From Vicugna vicugna (taxonomy: Eukaryota): DNA of 64,000 nt. Within the stretch, counting starts at the first letter, position 1. Each line of letters opens with the position of its first letter. This document shows positions 26,201 through 36,592 of this stretch, piece by piece. The notes beneath the pieces were generated by a model. The model saw nothing but the letters and a program-made list of their open reading frames with translations. It did not search any database and had not been told where the DNA came from. The stretch spans positions 7,884,375 through 7,948,374 of the forward strand of contig MU059052.1 in assembly GCA_013265495.1 (NCBI GenBank), read 5' to 3'. The translations under genes were made by a program, and so were the position numbers.

Positions 26201-28724
26201 CCTGTGGTCCAGGCCAGGCAGTACATGCAGATGCTGCCCAAGGAGAAGCAGCCAGTGGCAGGCTNNNNNNNNNNNNNNNNNNNNNNNNNNNNNNNNNNNN
26301 NNNNNNNNNNNNNNNNNNNNNNNNNNNNNNNNNNNNNNNNNNNNNNNNNNNNNNNNNNNNNNNNNNNNNNNNNNNNNNNNNNNNNNNNNNNNNNNNNNNN
26401 NNNNNNNNNNNNNNNNNNNNNNNNNNNNNNNNNNNNNNNNNNNNCTCAGGGCTCCAATAGAACATACCTTCCTGGCGGGGATAGAAGCACCATGACAGCG
26501 GCAGGGGCCATGGAGGACAAATCGACCGAACAAAAAAGAACTCAGTATGTAAGTGAAGTGGTCATGATATTGGTCCAATTGGTGTATATTATGGGGTCAT
26601 TCCATTCGAATTTCGGGAGGGGGTGTATCCCTCTGTTTCCAAAAGGGAGTAGATGAAAAAAATGAATTATAATTCAGTTCAGGCTTATTTTAGAGAATCA
26701 TCATGTTTGAAACCTTAGTCTAAAGCCAAGTTTTCTCATTATCTGTTGTCAAAGATAATTGAGTTTTATGTATATATAGTAGTTAGCATTGGTGTCATGC
26801 TGAAATACGACATACAATCTAGAATCTGTTTCTAAACGTAATTTTGGTGTTAATTTTTGATCCATTCCCATAAATAAGAATAATATATACTTAGGTTAAT
26901 TCAGTTTTGCTTGTGAGAATGTGCCTAAAATTCAAACTTAAATTTATGTGGATAAAAGGTCAATCATATTTTTTTAAATCTCTCCTAGAGAGGGAAATTA
27001 AATCTTTTTTTATGCCTTGAAAGTAGAAGAAAATTGTGACACAGATGAACAACAACAACAAAAAGAACTAAACTTACTGTAATGTATTTCTCATAGATCC
27101 AGTTAGCATATCAACCACCAAGGTTTAGTCCTGTTAAAAAAAAAAAGTACTAATCAGTTCTAAGATAATCATTTTTGCGAGAACTACTTAAAATTGAGGT
27201 GAAAATTACTATTAGTCTTTTTCCATAAGCAGCTTTAATTCAATAAACAATGCTCTGTTACACATTAGGTACAAGAATTAGGTTTGGAGAGCCTGGAGAA
27301 AGCCAAGAGATTCCCTTTCACAGAAATACTAATACTGTATTGCCTACAAGAACAAATTACTAACTTCAGTAGAGTTTGTTTGTTTGTTTGTTTAAGTGGT
27401 TTCTTTGAATTCCTACTAAAACTGTTGATGAGAAATGCCAGCCTTAGGGTGACTAGATTGTTTTGGCTGGTTTCCCTTTCAGTCCTGCTACTGCTGCAAA
27501 CTGAGTATGAAGGAAGGAGACCCGGCCATCTATGCTGAAAGGGCCGGCTATGATAAACTGTGGCACCCAGCTTGCTTCGTCTGCAGTACCTGCCATGAAC
27601 TCCTGGTCGACATGATTTATTTCTGGAAGAATGGCAAGCTGTACTGTGGCAGACATTACTGTGACAGTGAGAAACCCCGGTGTGCTGGCTGTGATGAGGT
27701 ATGTTTTCTGGGGCCGCCTGCAGGCAGACTCCTTTCTGTATCCTTATATGGTCTCACCACGCTACCCAGGCCACCCATAGAGAGATGGCAACATGAGTTA
27801 ACCAAGCATCAGTTGCTTATTTACATCCAAAGAAGCTGAATTAAAAAACCTTTTAATTTCAGTCATTCTGAGTATCCATGTTAATTGTGCTGACCAATGA
27901 AAGACAGTCCAGAAGCAAAAGATTGATTTGAACTAATAACTTCAGTTCGAACTTTAGGTTATTTTCAGACTTCAGACCCAAGAAAAGTAGGCTGATTCTC
28001 CTTGTGGATCTAAATTCCTTATTGATCTAAAAAACCTGGCTTGGTCATTTGTAGCAAAAAGGAAAAAACCTGATTCATCTTATTTTTATCCTCTTTCCAG
28101 CTGATATTCAGCAATGAGTATACCCAGGCAGAAAACCAAAACTGGCATCTGAAACACTTCTGCTGCTTTGATTGTGACAACATCCTAGCTGGGGAAATAT
28201 ACGTGATGGTCAATGACAAGCCCGTGTGCAAGCCCTGCTATGTGAAGAACCATGCTGTGGTAAGGGGCATCCTTGGGATGTGGTGGCCTTGACCTGCTTT
28301 ATTTAAGCCCCTTACGAAGGAGAAACAGAAAGTAATACTGTCAGATAGGAAACATGTGATTCCTACCATAGGATGTTAAAATCCAGGTAATTTAAAAATA
28401 ATACATGCACTGATGATGATGAACAACCTCAGGGTTCTGTCTGCTCAGCTTACACTATAAAGTGCTACTTGATAATTAAAATGAAACAGATTAAGGTTTT
28501 TGGGGGTATCTTCATATTCTTGAGCTCTGTTTGAGTGTTTATGTTTCTGTTCATGTTACCAGGTCACCCACTAGGGCTTTGTTTTTGTTACCTAGAAATT
28601 ATACAGGGCCTGTTTCTTAAACCCTCATTGAATCAATATATATCAACAAAATTTTATAACAAAATTTGACTTCCATATTTAGATTTATTTGCATGAGTCA
28701 AACATTAAAACATTTAATGTGAGA

Positions 28725-28771
<47 letters not shown>

Positions 28772-31700
28772 GATCTACCCTGTTCATACAGAGCTTCTGC
28801 TGCATGATGGCCCAGAGACAGATAAATTAGATAAAGAAAGAGTTGACCATATATGGTAAAGCTTATACTACAGGGGGTATTAAAAGGGTAGATGTTTACT
28901 TTATATGCAGAAAAATAAGTTCTAATTAAAGATCCCCCTGATCTTTCAAGTAGAGGAGACTCCTGGCTAAGGGATAAAATGGCATATTTATATAGTTCTA
29001 GGAGTATGATGCTATGAAAATAAGGAAAAAAAATTTGATGTTAGTGCCAATTTTCAACCTTTAGCCATTGCCCCCCCAATATAATCTATCAGGTATCATT
29101 TTCTATCAACTCTGCGTCATCAATATATCTCAGATACTCACAATTACAACTACTCTACCTCGGATTTTTTTTATTTATCCTTTGAATTGTGGTAGTGACC
29201 TCAAATTTGATCTCCCCACTTCCATTCTTTTTATTCAAAGCCATCTTCCATGATGATGGAAGATAGTCTTTCTATAATGTAAAACTGATCATTAAGCCTT
29301 TGTTTAATAGATCCAGCCACTTCTACTTGTTATCTAACCCAAATCATACACTTTCACAAGTTACCTGCATTTTCTAGTTTATACACTGTTCTTTGTCTTT
29401 GCTCACACTAATTCCTTTGTCTGGTACACCCTCCTATTCCCTGTTTTACCTAACCATGCCTGCACATTCCCCCAGACTCACTTGAGGCTTAACCTTTTTC
29501 AGAACACCTGTCCTGCTGCCCCAGGCTCTACCCCTTTCACTCTGGCTAGGCTGGCTGCCTCTCTGTTCTCATGGGGCTCTGTGTATGTGTGCTTGCCCAC
29601 ATGAGTGTAATTATTACTATCACTCATCTGTGTCTTCCACCACACTATAAACAGCTGGAGGATAGAGCTTTCCTCTTTATTTCCATACCCTCAGTGTCTG
29701 CGCTTATCAAGTGTTTGAGTAACTGACTTGTGTTTTACATTTCTCACTTGCTTTGGGGTCAGTGTGGACCCTCCCTATACCTGGGGAAAAGACGTTGAAT
29801 CACCATGTGACTTGATATATAATTTACCTAAAAACGGTTCTCTGAATACTGTTGCAACAGTTTCTCTACAAAAAAGGGTTATCATAATGTCCATTTTACT
29901 GTAGGGCGTGTGACCTTGATCTCAAGGACTGGAATGTAAACTCCATGAAGGCAGGGTTTCTGTCTGTTTTGTTTTTTTCTATTCTATTTCCAACACTAGA
30001 ATAACACAGAGGATACTCAAATATTTATTGAATAAAGCTTTAAGCAGACAAAGCTATTTTATTTAATTGTTATAAGCTTCTCTCCATTACATTGCAATAA
30101 TCAGTGGGGAGAAATAACCTCAGATAAGATTAGAAAGAGAATGAGAGAATCTCTTAATTATTTAGCTTTATAATAAGGCATGATTTTTTTTTTAGAAGGT
30201 TTACTTTCTCAGTAGGATTCACTGTTGCCCTTTGCCTAACATTAAAATGAACATATCTTTCCGTCACCTGAATAAACCTTAGCTGATGGCAAAGACAGCT
30301 ACCCATGAAATATGTTAAATGATAGAAAAATTTGAGGATTATCTACTTCAGGGCATTGATCTGCAGTGATCTTTAAAAAAAAAAAAAAAAGGAGTAAGAA
30401 TATGAATTTTTTTCAGACCTAGACCCGAAGCCAAGAACTCAACTCAAAATAGGGCATTTCCAAGGAAAAAAATTAACCTGGGAGGAGGATAATGGGAAAT
30501 ACACTTAGTTTGTCTCTGAATGGGCTCTGGAATTCCAATGTCAAATGGCTCCTTTCCCCACCCTGCCAGAATTCACATCTCTGAGATTTCATAGGACTCT
30601 CCTGCCAACCCATACTACAAGTGTCATTAACAATTTTGTTATATATTACAGATAAAATAAAAGAAGTAGGAGGGATTGAAGGAAATAACTCATTGAATTA
30701 TTAGCAGTTTAAGAACCCAGGAAAATTGAATGCCAGGCAGAAAGTGGTGAAGCACATATCTCCCTGACCAGTCCTGAGTCTCTAGACCCTCAGTTGAGGC
30801 CTGGCCAGCTTTAAGATTTATGAAGAATTAGGAATCAGTAGTTTTTACCTTTGGGATCAATGGCAATCAAATTATTAATAAAACTAAATTTTATGAAACC
30901 CACAAACCCTAAATTCCTGTATCATTCAGTATGTTCATTGTTATTTTTTTTACCAAAACAATTTCCTTAATTTTATGTAGAATTGAACAGTAGTTACCAC
31001 TTTTTTAAAACTGCAAATGAAAAAGTGGATTTTAAAATATTATAAAAAGATCCACAAATATTATTAGAGGGCTGAGATAATGAAGCAATTGAATAAAAAA
31101 TTGAGTGTGAAATGCTTCTATTTTACACAAACAGGTTTTAAAATATTGAAAAATTAATATGAAATATAGAAAACTACAAAGAACAACATTCTAAATGAAT
31201 TACAAAGCTATAAAAAATGAGTATCTACAATAGCAATTGCTTTCATGGTGCAGCTAAAAATAAGTATGTTTGTGATCAGAACACTCCTTTTTGTTGTATT
31301 CAGGAATATTGAGAACACGAAGATAGTATCTCCCTTGCTCCTCAGGGAAGACTGGGTTGATGTAATGTGTGAATTAAGGAGCAACAATCTCTAATTAAAA
31401 GCCCTGTGGTTCTAAAAAATACGGGAATTATATTGCAGGTCTGAAATGGATATTTGTAGCAAGGCCTCCCTTCACACCCTAAACCAGTTCACCCACTGAG
31501 TGGCAGCCACATTTTGAGATCTTTTCAAGTGAGAAGGCTCAGGCTAAATGACTCCCTCAACCCACCCACACAACCCACCCACTCTCATCTCTCAGTAATT
31601 CCTGACAATCACATTAAGAGACCAAGGGTAAAGAAGATTAGTCACTTTGATGTAATGCTGGACAGTCTTTTTGGTTTCTTCACTTGTTATAAAATATTTA

Positions 31701-33603
31701 AAACAAACACTTCAGGCACATTCATTCATAACATGTACAAACAAGAAGGCATATGGACTGTCTAGTGTTTTGTAGCTCTCAACTGGGTGGTTTATTTTCT
31801 GCTATAATATAAGGGTTATTCATTTTTTTTCTTCCTATACATGTCCAGCTAAAGAAGCAAATATGTGTGTTTGTGTGGATGTGTGTATGTCATATATTTA
31901 TTTGTATATAACATGCATATATACTAAATGGTATATGGAATGTAAGTGGTAGTATTCCATGATACTAGACTACACGTAAATTATGACTTATGACAGAACA
32001 GAAGCCAGTTAACTGCAAGTTATAGTTTTAGTGCAAACTAATTATTCTCAGACACTGTAAGTATTTTTGATTGAGTCCTTAATTACTTTGAACATGACTT
32101 TCATTTACTACTGTCTGGAAATTAGTGGTGTTAATAATCTCATGTGTCATAAGTAAGTCTGATAAAATTATCACTGCAAAGCTTTAATGAATGAGGAAAA
32201 TTCTTTAAGACTTTTTTAGAGCAGTTTCAGGTTTTCAACAAAATTGAAGAGATACAGAGATTTCCCATATCCTCCCTCCCCCTACACATGCACAGCCTTG
32301 CACATTATCAGCATTACTCACTGGAAGGGTATGTGTTTGTTTGTTTTTTAACCAAGGATGAATCTACATGGACATAATCATAATCACTCAAAGTCCACAG
32401 TTTATCTTAGGATTCATTCTTGATGTTGTGTATTCTGTGGGCTTGGACAAATGTATAGAATGGACAAATGACATAAATCTATCATTGTAATATCATAAAG
32501 AATATTTTCATTGGCCTGTATAAGCCCTCTGTGCTCTGCCTATTCATCTGTCTCACTGCCCCCAGCTGCTTACTCCTTGCAACCACTGATCTTTTTATTT
32601 TCTCCATAGTTTTGCCTTTGCTAGAATGCCATATAGTCATATAGTACATAGCTTTTTCATATTGGCTACTTTCACAGTGTTTAAGGGCCCTACATGACTT
32701 GATAGCTCATTTCTTTCTAGCTCTGAATAGTNNNNNNNNNNNNNNNNNNNNNNNNNNNNNNNNNNNNNNNNNNNNNNNNNNNNNNNNNNNNNNNNNNNNN
32801 NNNNNNNNNNNNNNNNNNNNNNNNNNNNNNNNNNNNNNNNNNNNNNNNNNNNNNNNNNNNNNNNNNNNNNNNNNNNNNNNNNNNNNNNNNNNNNNNNNNN
32901 NNNNNNNNNNNNNNNNNNNNNNNNNNNNNNNNNNNNNNNNNNNNNNNNNNNNNNNNNNNNNNNNNNNNNNNNNNNNNNNNNNNNNNNNNNNNNNNNNNNN
33001 NNNNNNNNNNNNNNNNNNNNNNNNNNNNNNNNNNNNNNNNNNNNTAAAACTTTTCTTTTTTAAAACTACTAATGTGAGATCCAGTAGAATATGCTGGAAC
33101 TAAACACACTGCTTTAGAACTCATCATCAAGACCTTCTGCCTTTAACGCCATGGGGATATCTTATAAGCATCAAATCACCTGTTTGGACTTCAACTGTTA
33201 TTTCTCACAGTGCTTCACATATAGACCCCCATTAATAGCTGTTAGCTATGAAGGTTAGCTAGAAGGTCATTCTCAGTTGTGTATCTTTGAGGTTGTCATT
33301 CTTAGTTTAATTTACCATCTGAAGAGATACTCTGAGTTTGCTCTAACATAGAAATGCTGCCATCACAATTTGATCTCTCATCCTTTTCTCTTCTTTGCAT
33401 AATTGACTTAACAGGTATGTCAAGGATGCCACAATGCCATTGATCCCGAAGTGCAGCGGGTGACCTATAACAACTTCAGCTGGCATGCGTCCACAGAGTG
33501 CTTTCTGTGCTCCTGCTGCAGCAAGTGTCTCATTGGGCAGAAGTTCATGCCAGTAGAAGGGATGGTTTTCTGTTCAGTGGAGTGCAAAAAGATGATGTCT
33601 TAA
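14178..33603 (+). CDS. TES: Testin (PET domain + three LIM domains), spliced CDS of exons 2-7 (M10-S421 equivalent, 412 aa); exon 1 lies upstream of the window
   Basis: Six exons with GT-AG boundaries (exon 3 acceptor hidden in Ns) translate in one continuous frame to [29 protein letters not shown]...[14 protein letters not shown]...[17 protein letters not shown]...[17 protein letters not shown]...[20 protein letters not shown]...[13 protein letters not shown]...[10 protein letters not shown], matching the recalled testin sequence. Confidence 0.98.
14773..14913 (+). mobile_element. tRNA-derived lineage-specific SINE (camelid Vic-1-like), internally deleted
   Basis: A-box tatagctcagtgg, B-box gggttcaatcc, (aaat)n tail; 16-bp TSD aaagaaataataactc (14757-14772) / aaagaaatagtaactc (14914-14929). 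Confidence 0.9.
16825..17219 (-). mobile_element. ERVL-MaLR solo LTR (MLT1A/B-like)
   Basis: gcttgggcttccatggcaaaataccatagactgggtggcctaaacaacagaagtttattgtcttacagttctggaggctagaagtccaag...acagtcacattgggggttagagcttcaacatatgaatttggg...acacaattcagtccatagca. Confidence 0.85.
17696..18253 (-). mobile_element. ERVL-MaLR solo LTR (MLT1D/E-like) inserted in a MIR
   Basis: tgtgctagttt...acaaattactacaaat..agcaggttaaaacaacac...ggtagaattcatttccttgtggttgtagg...aagggctcttgtgattagattgggcacac...aattctgcttaccaca. Confidence 0.8.
18254..18420 (-). mobile_element. MIR SINE (continues at ~17630-17695 on the other side of the LTR)
   Basis: taatcctcaaaatacc...tattcctattttatatatgag...gacttaggaaagttaaataacttactaagg...ggcagagctggaatttggacccaa. 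Confidence 0.7.
21575..23150 (-). mobile_element. Ancient L1 (L1M-type) fragment
   Basis: T-rich strand with decayed antisense-L1 motifs, e.g. tttttctttatacttagtctgaatttttcctagc, tttgagcatacttaactgtaaatttcctc, tatgtgtctgttaggtcaagcttgacaattgtattattcaaatcc. Confidence 0.6.
23190..24355 (+). mobile_element. L2 LINE 3' region
   Basis: atctccactg...ctagtccaagcta..atcttaccta; catgttattccattacttaaaagccttcagtgcctcc; tgtctgtctccccagcagg..taagttctagaatgtcaga; ends acattgcttggcacatggacactcatatattttgcatgaatgaa. Confidence 0.65.
24490..24597. repeat. Polypurine low-complexity tract (GGAAA-rich)
   Basis: ~105 bp almost entirely A/G on the + strand. Confidence 0.85.
25066..25205. other. N-run, 140 bp, covering the TES exon 3 acceptor and first 117 coding bases
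   Basis: Direct count; position relative to visible exon 3. Confidence 0.97.
25089..25341 (+). CDS. TES: TES exon 3 (5' part hidden by N-run 25066-25205; start inferred)
   Basis: Visible 25206-25341 reads [45 protein letters not shown], then donor TTG|gtaaat at 25342. Start 25089 assumes the same number of codons as the recalled human protein (253-bp exon). Confidence 0.88.
26213..26548 (+). CDS. TES: TES exon 4 (336 bp; PET domain and linker; 180 Ns internal)
   Basis: Acceptor gtctccctgtggtccag|GCC; [17 protein letters not shown]...(N)...[34 protein letters not shown]; donor TAT|gtaagt at 26549; frame is preserved across the gap. Confidence 0.95.
26265..26444. other. N-run, 180 bp, inside TES exon 4
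   Basis: Direct count; flanks are in frame. Confidence 0.99.
27483..27698 (+). CDS. TES: TES exon 5 (216 bp; LIM1 and start of LIM2)
   Basis: Acceptor tttccctttcag|TCC; [72 protein letters not shown]; donor GAG|gtatgt. Confidence 0.98.
28101..28259 (+). CDS. TES: TES exon 6 (159 bp; LIM2)
   Basis: Acceptor tttttatcctctttccag|CTG; [53 protein letters not shown]; donor GTG|gtaagg. Confidence 0.98.
28728..28768. repeat. (TG)20 microsatellite in TES intron 6
   Basis: Uninterrupted TG run of 41 bp. Confidence 0.97.
29065..29720 (+). mobile_element. L2 LINE fragment
   Basis: ccacttccattctttttattcaaagcca...tttctataatgtaaaactgatcatt...gtctggtacaccctcc...actcacttgagg...ctataaacagctggaggatagagc...tttccataccctcagtgtctg. 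Confidence 0.5.
32211..32731 (-). mobile_element. L1 3' end (L1MC-like), runs into N-run 32732-33044
   Basis: tttttagagcagtttcaggttt.caacaaaattga...tacagagatttcccatat...actcaaagtccacagtttatcttaggattcattcttgatgttgtgtattctgtgggcttggacaaatgtata...caaccactgatctttttatt.tctccatagttttgcctttgctagaatgccatatag. Confidence 0.85.
32732..33044. other. N-run, 313 bp
   Basis: Direct count. Confidence 0.99.
33415..33603 (+). CDS. TES: TES exon 7 coding part (LIM3, stop TAA 33601-33603)
   Basis: Acceptor ttaacag|GTA; [62 protein letters not shown]. Confidence 0.98.
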
Positions 33604-34650
33604 AAGGAGAGCACCAAGCATTATTGAGCCAGAGCTATCCAGAGTGGTCTGCATTTCTACTGTAAAATGCAATTTGGAAAAAATAAATGGAAAAAAAGAA
33701 ACTATAAAGGAAACAAGGAAATTTTATTCAGTATCTTTCTTTGCTGTTTTTTCCGTATCAGTCTTTTTTCGTCTCAATTTTTCAAGCCTGCTTTAAGCAT
33801 TTGATTTTTAAAACGGTAAAGAATTATACCTTTCCTTAGCTTTCCAGACAAAATATTTTGAGTTGAAAGCTTGGGTTTAATCAATCTACATATCCCTATC
33901 CCCTTTCTGCTAAACACAGTATATATGAAACACTTAAAAGTTAATGTTTGAATGGAAAAAATGAACATTTCATGTTGTTTATTCTTTGTCTCTTCTTGTA
34001 TAAAATGAAAAGGAAATTAAACTTGCCCTAATGCCAAGGCTGTACACTATTGCCTCATCTTATTCACTGAATTTTGTAGGGATACACAGTGAATTCTTTT
34101 GACAGAGAAAATAGAAATGCAGCATAGTAAGCGCTATTATCATTTTAATGCCTGTGCATTTGCTATTCCCTAACCTAGGTGGAGGTGGCTTCATTGCATA
34201 TCTCTATTTTTTTAGTTTGCCCTACCTCTCAGTATTCTCTTTGTAAGCTGGTGACCTCCATCTGTGGCCTTGAATATTTTATTGCCACCTGTGGCATCCA
34301 CACTTTTTACTTCTATAGATGATAATATACTCATTTATATTGTTTTCAATCCAAAGAACATGTATACTTTTGTATTCAAGGAACTATAAATTGTACTATT
34401 TGCACTTGCCTGCTATGGTTTGGATAGACTTTTTGCATGGTTTTCATTTTCTAATGGATACCGTCCTATGATGCCTGTTCATGGGTATATATCAAATGTC
34501 TTCTTTGCCTGTATACTTCCATCCTTAGGTATTTCTAATGTTTGTTTTTCCCTGTATACTTCCATACATAGCTGTGCACTATGAAAGTTAAATTGAATGA
34601 ATGATATGTATATTATTATTCAAAATAAAGTCTCTTTCACGTTAATAATT
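33604..34650 (+). other. TES: TES 3' UTR (end approximate)
   Basis: Repeat-free AU-rich sequence after the stop codon, up to AATAAA at 34624-34629 with U-rich sequence downstream. Confidence 0.6.
34624..34629 (+). terminator. Candidate TES polyadenylation signal AATAAA
   Basis: caaAATAAAgtctctttcacg followed by pyrimidine/U-rich sequence, ~1 kb after the stop. Other AATAAA at 33682-33687 and 35741-35746. Confidence 0.55.
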
Positions 34651-36460
34651 GTACCTTTATTCTTCATACCCTTTTCATTTCAGAGCAAAAAAAAAAAAAT
34701 CCTTCTGCAATTAAACATTTGTTACAGCAGGGGGCGGTGTTTCCAAGGATAAAAACTACCCCCCAAAATGAAAGCTATTTATGACAAAACAGGACAGGAC
34801 AGAAATTAGGCTTCTCATTATGGTGAAGGGATAAGTTTTATGAAACTTTATAATAAATCAGTGCATTTAAATTGTTGGTTTTCAAGTCATGCAGGAGTTT
34901 TCTTTCAGAAAAAAAAGGAAAAGTGTCATTTTAGTTGAAGTTTGGGAACGCTATATTCTCTTGAGGTGAATCTAACAAGTATTACTCTTACACTCAAATT
35001 GCAACTCTATTTGGTTTTCTAAGAAATTTTTTCATGGCAATCTGTTGTGAAAAAATGAAGCAAAAGTGGAATAGTCGTAGCTTCATTCTTCCTAATAATA
35101 GCAGGTCATGAGATTTTTTTTTTTCAGTCTGAAGTATTTCTGTCATAGTGAGAGTAACATTTTTCTTTGACACATACCCAGAATAATTTTTTTTTAAGTT
35201 CATGTTTGTTTGGCTAGTAGTGCTCCTAAATTCCATACTCCACTCATATTCCCCCCAATACACACTAACATACAGATATACACATTTATTCCCTCTGCAC
35301 TGTGCCTTCCCCAGCCATGAAAAAGTGTCTTTTGGAGCTTGAACACGTCACCTTATCTAAATAAGTAATCTAACCCTGCAAACAATTTTAAATGCTAATA
35401 TCACAAATACCCATCATTGTCTATAAATACCACTTTGTGCTTGCTTTTTTTTTTTTAAACCTTTATCTCAAATGACAACAGATATATTTTCCATTGCATT
35501 TTTTCCACAAAGTTGAACAACTTAACTTTTCCAGACATGGTTAAGTGGAGACCAGTTGAACCAATTTCTCTGCATGCTAATATGACCATTGTTCACATGT
35601 CTGCCTGCGCAGCCTCCACTGTTCTGAGACTGAGATTGAATCAAGCTGTTTTGGGGATGTAGAGGCTCAAGAAATTTGACTAAATCCATCATTCACTACC
35701 CAAGATACTGATTGCATGGATATTAGGCATTTCCTAGATGAATAAACTTATCTTGCCTGGGAAATAGAGAGCCACTTGGTTTGTCTCTTTACCCTGACTT
35801 ATTTTCAGTTTGGCCTTGCAATACAACAGAACAAAGTGTAATGAAATGTAAGACAAGAGAATGTATGCCATTTTTGTTAATCAGGTTAAAAAAGGGGGTC
35901 TTTCAAATACTTTGTCCTATAAATCTCAACAAGAGAGTACGATGGTTACTAGATTTGATAAGATTTATTTTTCCTCTAGCAGCTATGATATGCTCCCCCC
36001 CAATCATTTTATATTTTGCATTGACCTCAATTCTAAATAGTGGCTTACTTGGTACAGGAACCAAAGTTAAATCCTTCCCTTGCATTGAGGAAAAGGTGGG
36101 AAGTAATATTTCTACCTATACGTGTGCATTTTTTTTTCTTCAAAAGTTGATAATGAAGAATAATCGTCAGGTCTACTTATTTCCTATGGGGTTAATAGAT
36201 GGAAATTTCTATCATCCAAATCTCATTTAAATTCTATTTTTCAGCGATACACCTCATCCTTTTTGTATTCAATGTAGCAAGCATTTAACTACCACATCTA
36301 TGCAGTTAGCAGTAGAGGGACCTTTACCCTGGAAGGGGCTAGATTGGGAGGGAAAGAATACCAGAATATGAGCCATGATAAAGGCACCATAGACAGTAAG
36401 AAAAGAAATGCCTTTTTCCTTTCTGCAGGAGCCAACATCTTGGATATTAAAAGGTATAGT

Positions 36461-36592
36461 GGGGGGAGGGTATAGTTGAGCAGTAGAGTGTATACCTAGA
36501 ATGCACGAGGTCCTTGGTTCAATCCCCAGTACTGAATTAAAAATAAATAAATAAACCTAATTGCTCCCCCATCAAAACAAAACAACAAAAAT
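36461..36592 (+). mobile_element. tRNA-derived lineage-specific SINE (camelid Vic-1-like)
   Basis: ggggggagggtatagttgagcagtagag...gcacgaggtccttggttcaatccccagtac...aaataaataaataaacctaattgctccccc; 11-bp TSD aaaggtatagt (36450-36460) / aaaggtataat (36593-36603). Confidence 0.92.

Noticed and set aside
35781-36230. 149-aa ORF, the longest N-free ORF in the track, and its 60-aa antisense ORF
   Set aside because: No recognisable domain, non-ATG start, low-complexity hydrophobic composition typical of AT-rich non-coding DNA; length is compatible with chance in 64 kb.
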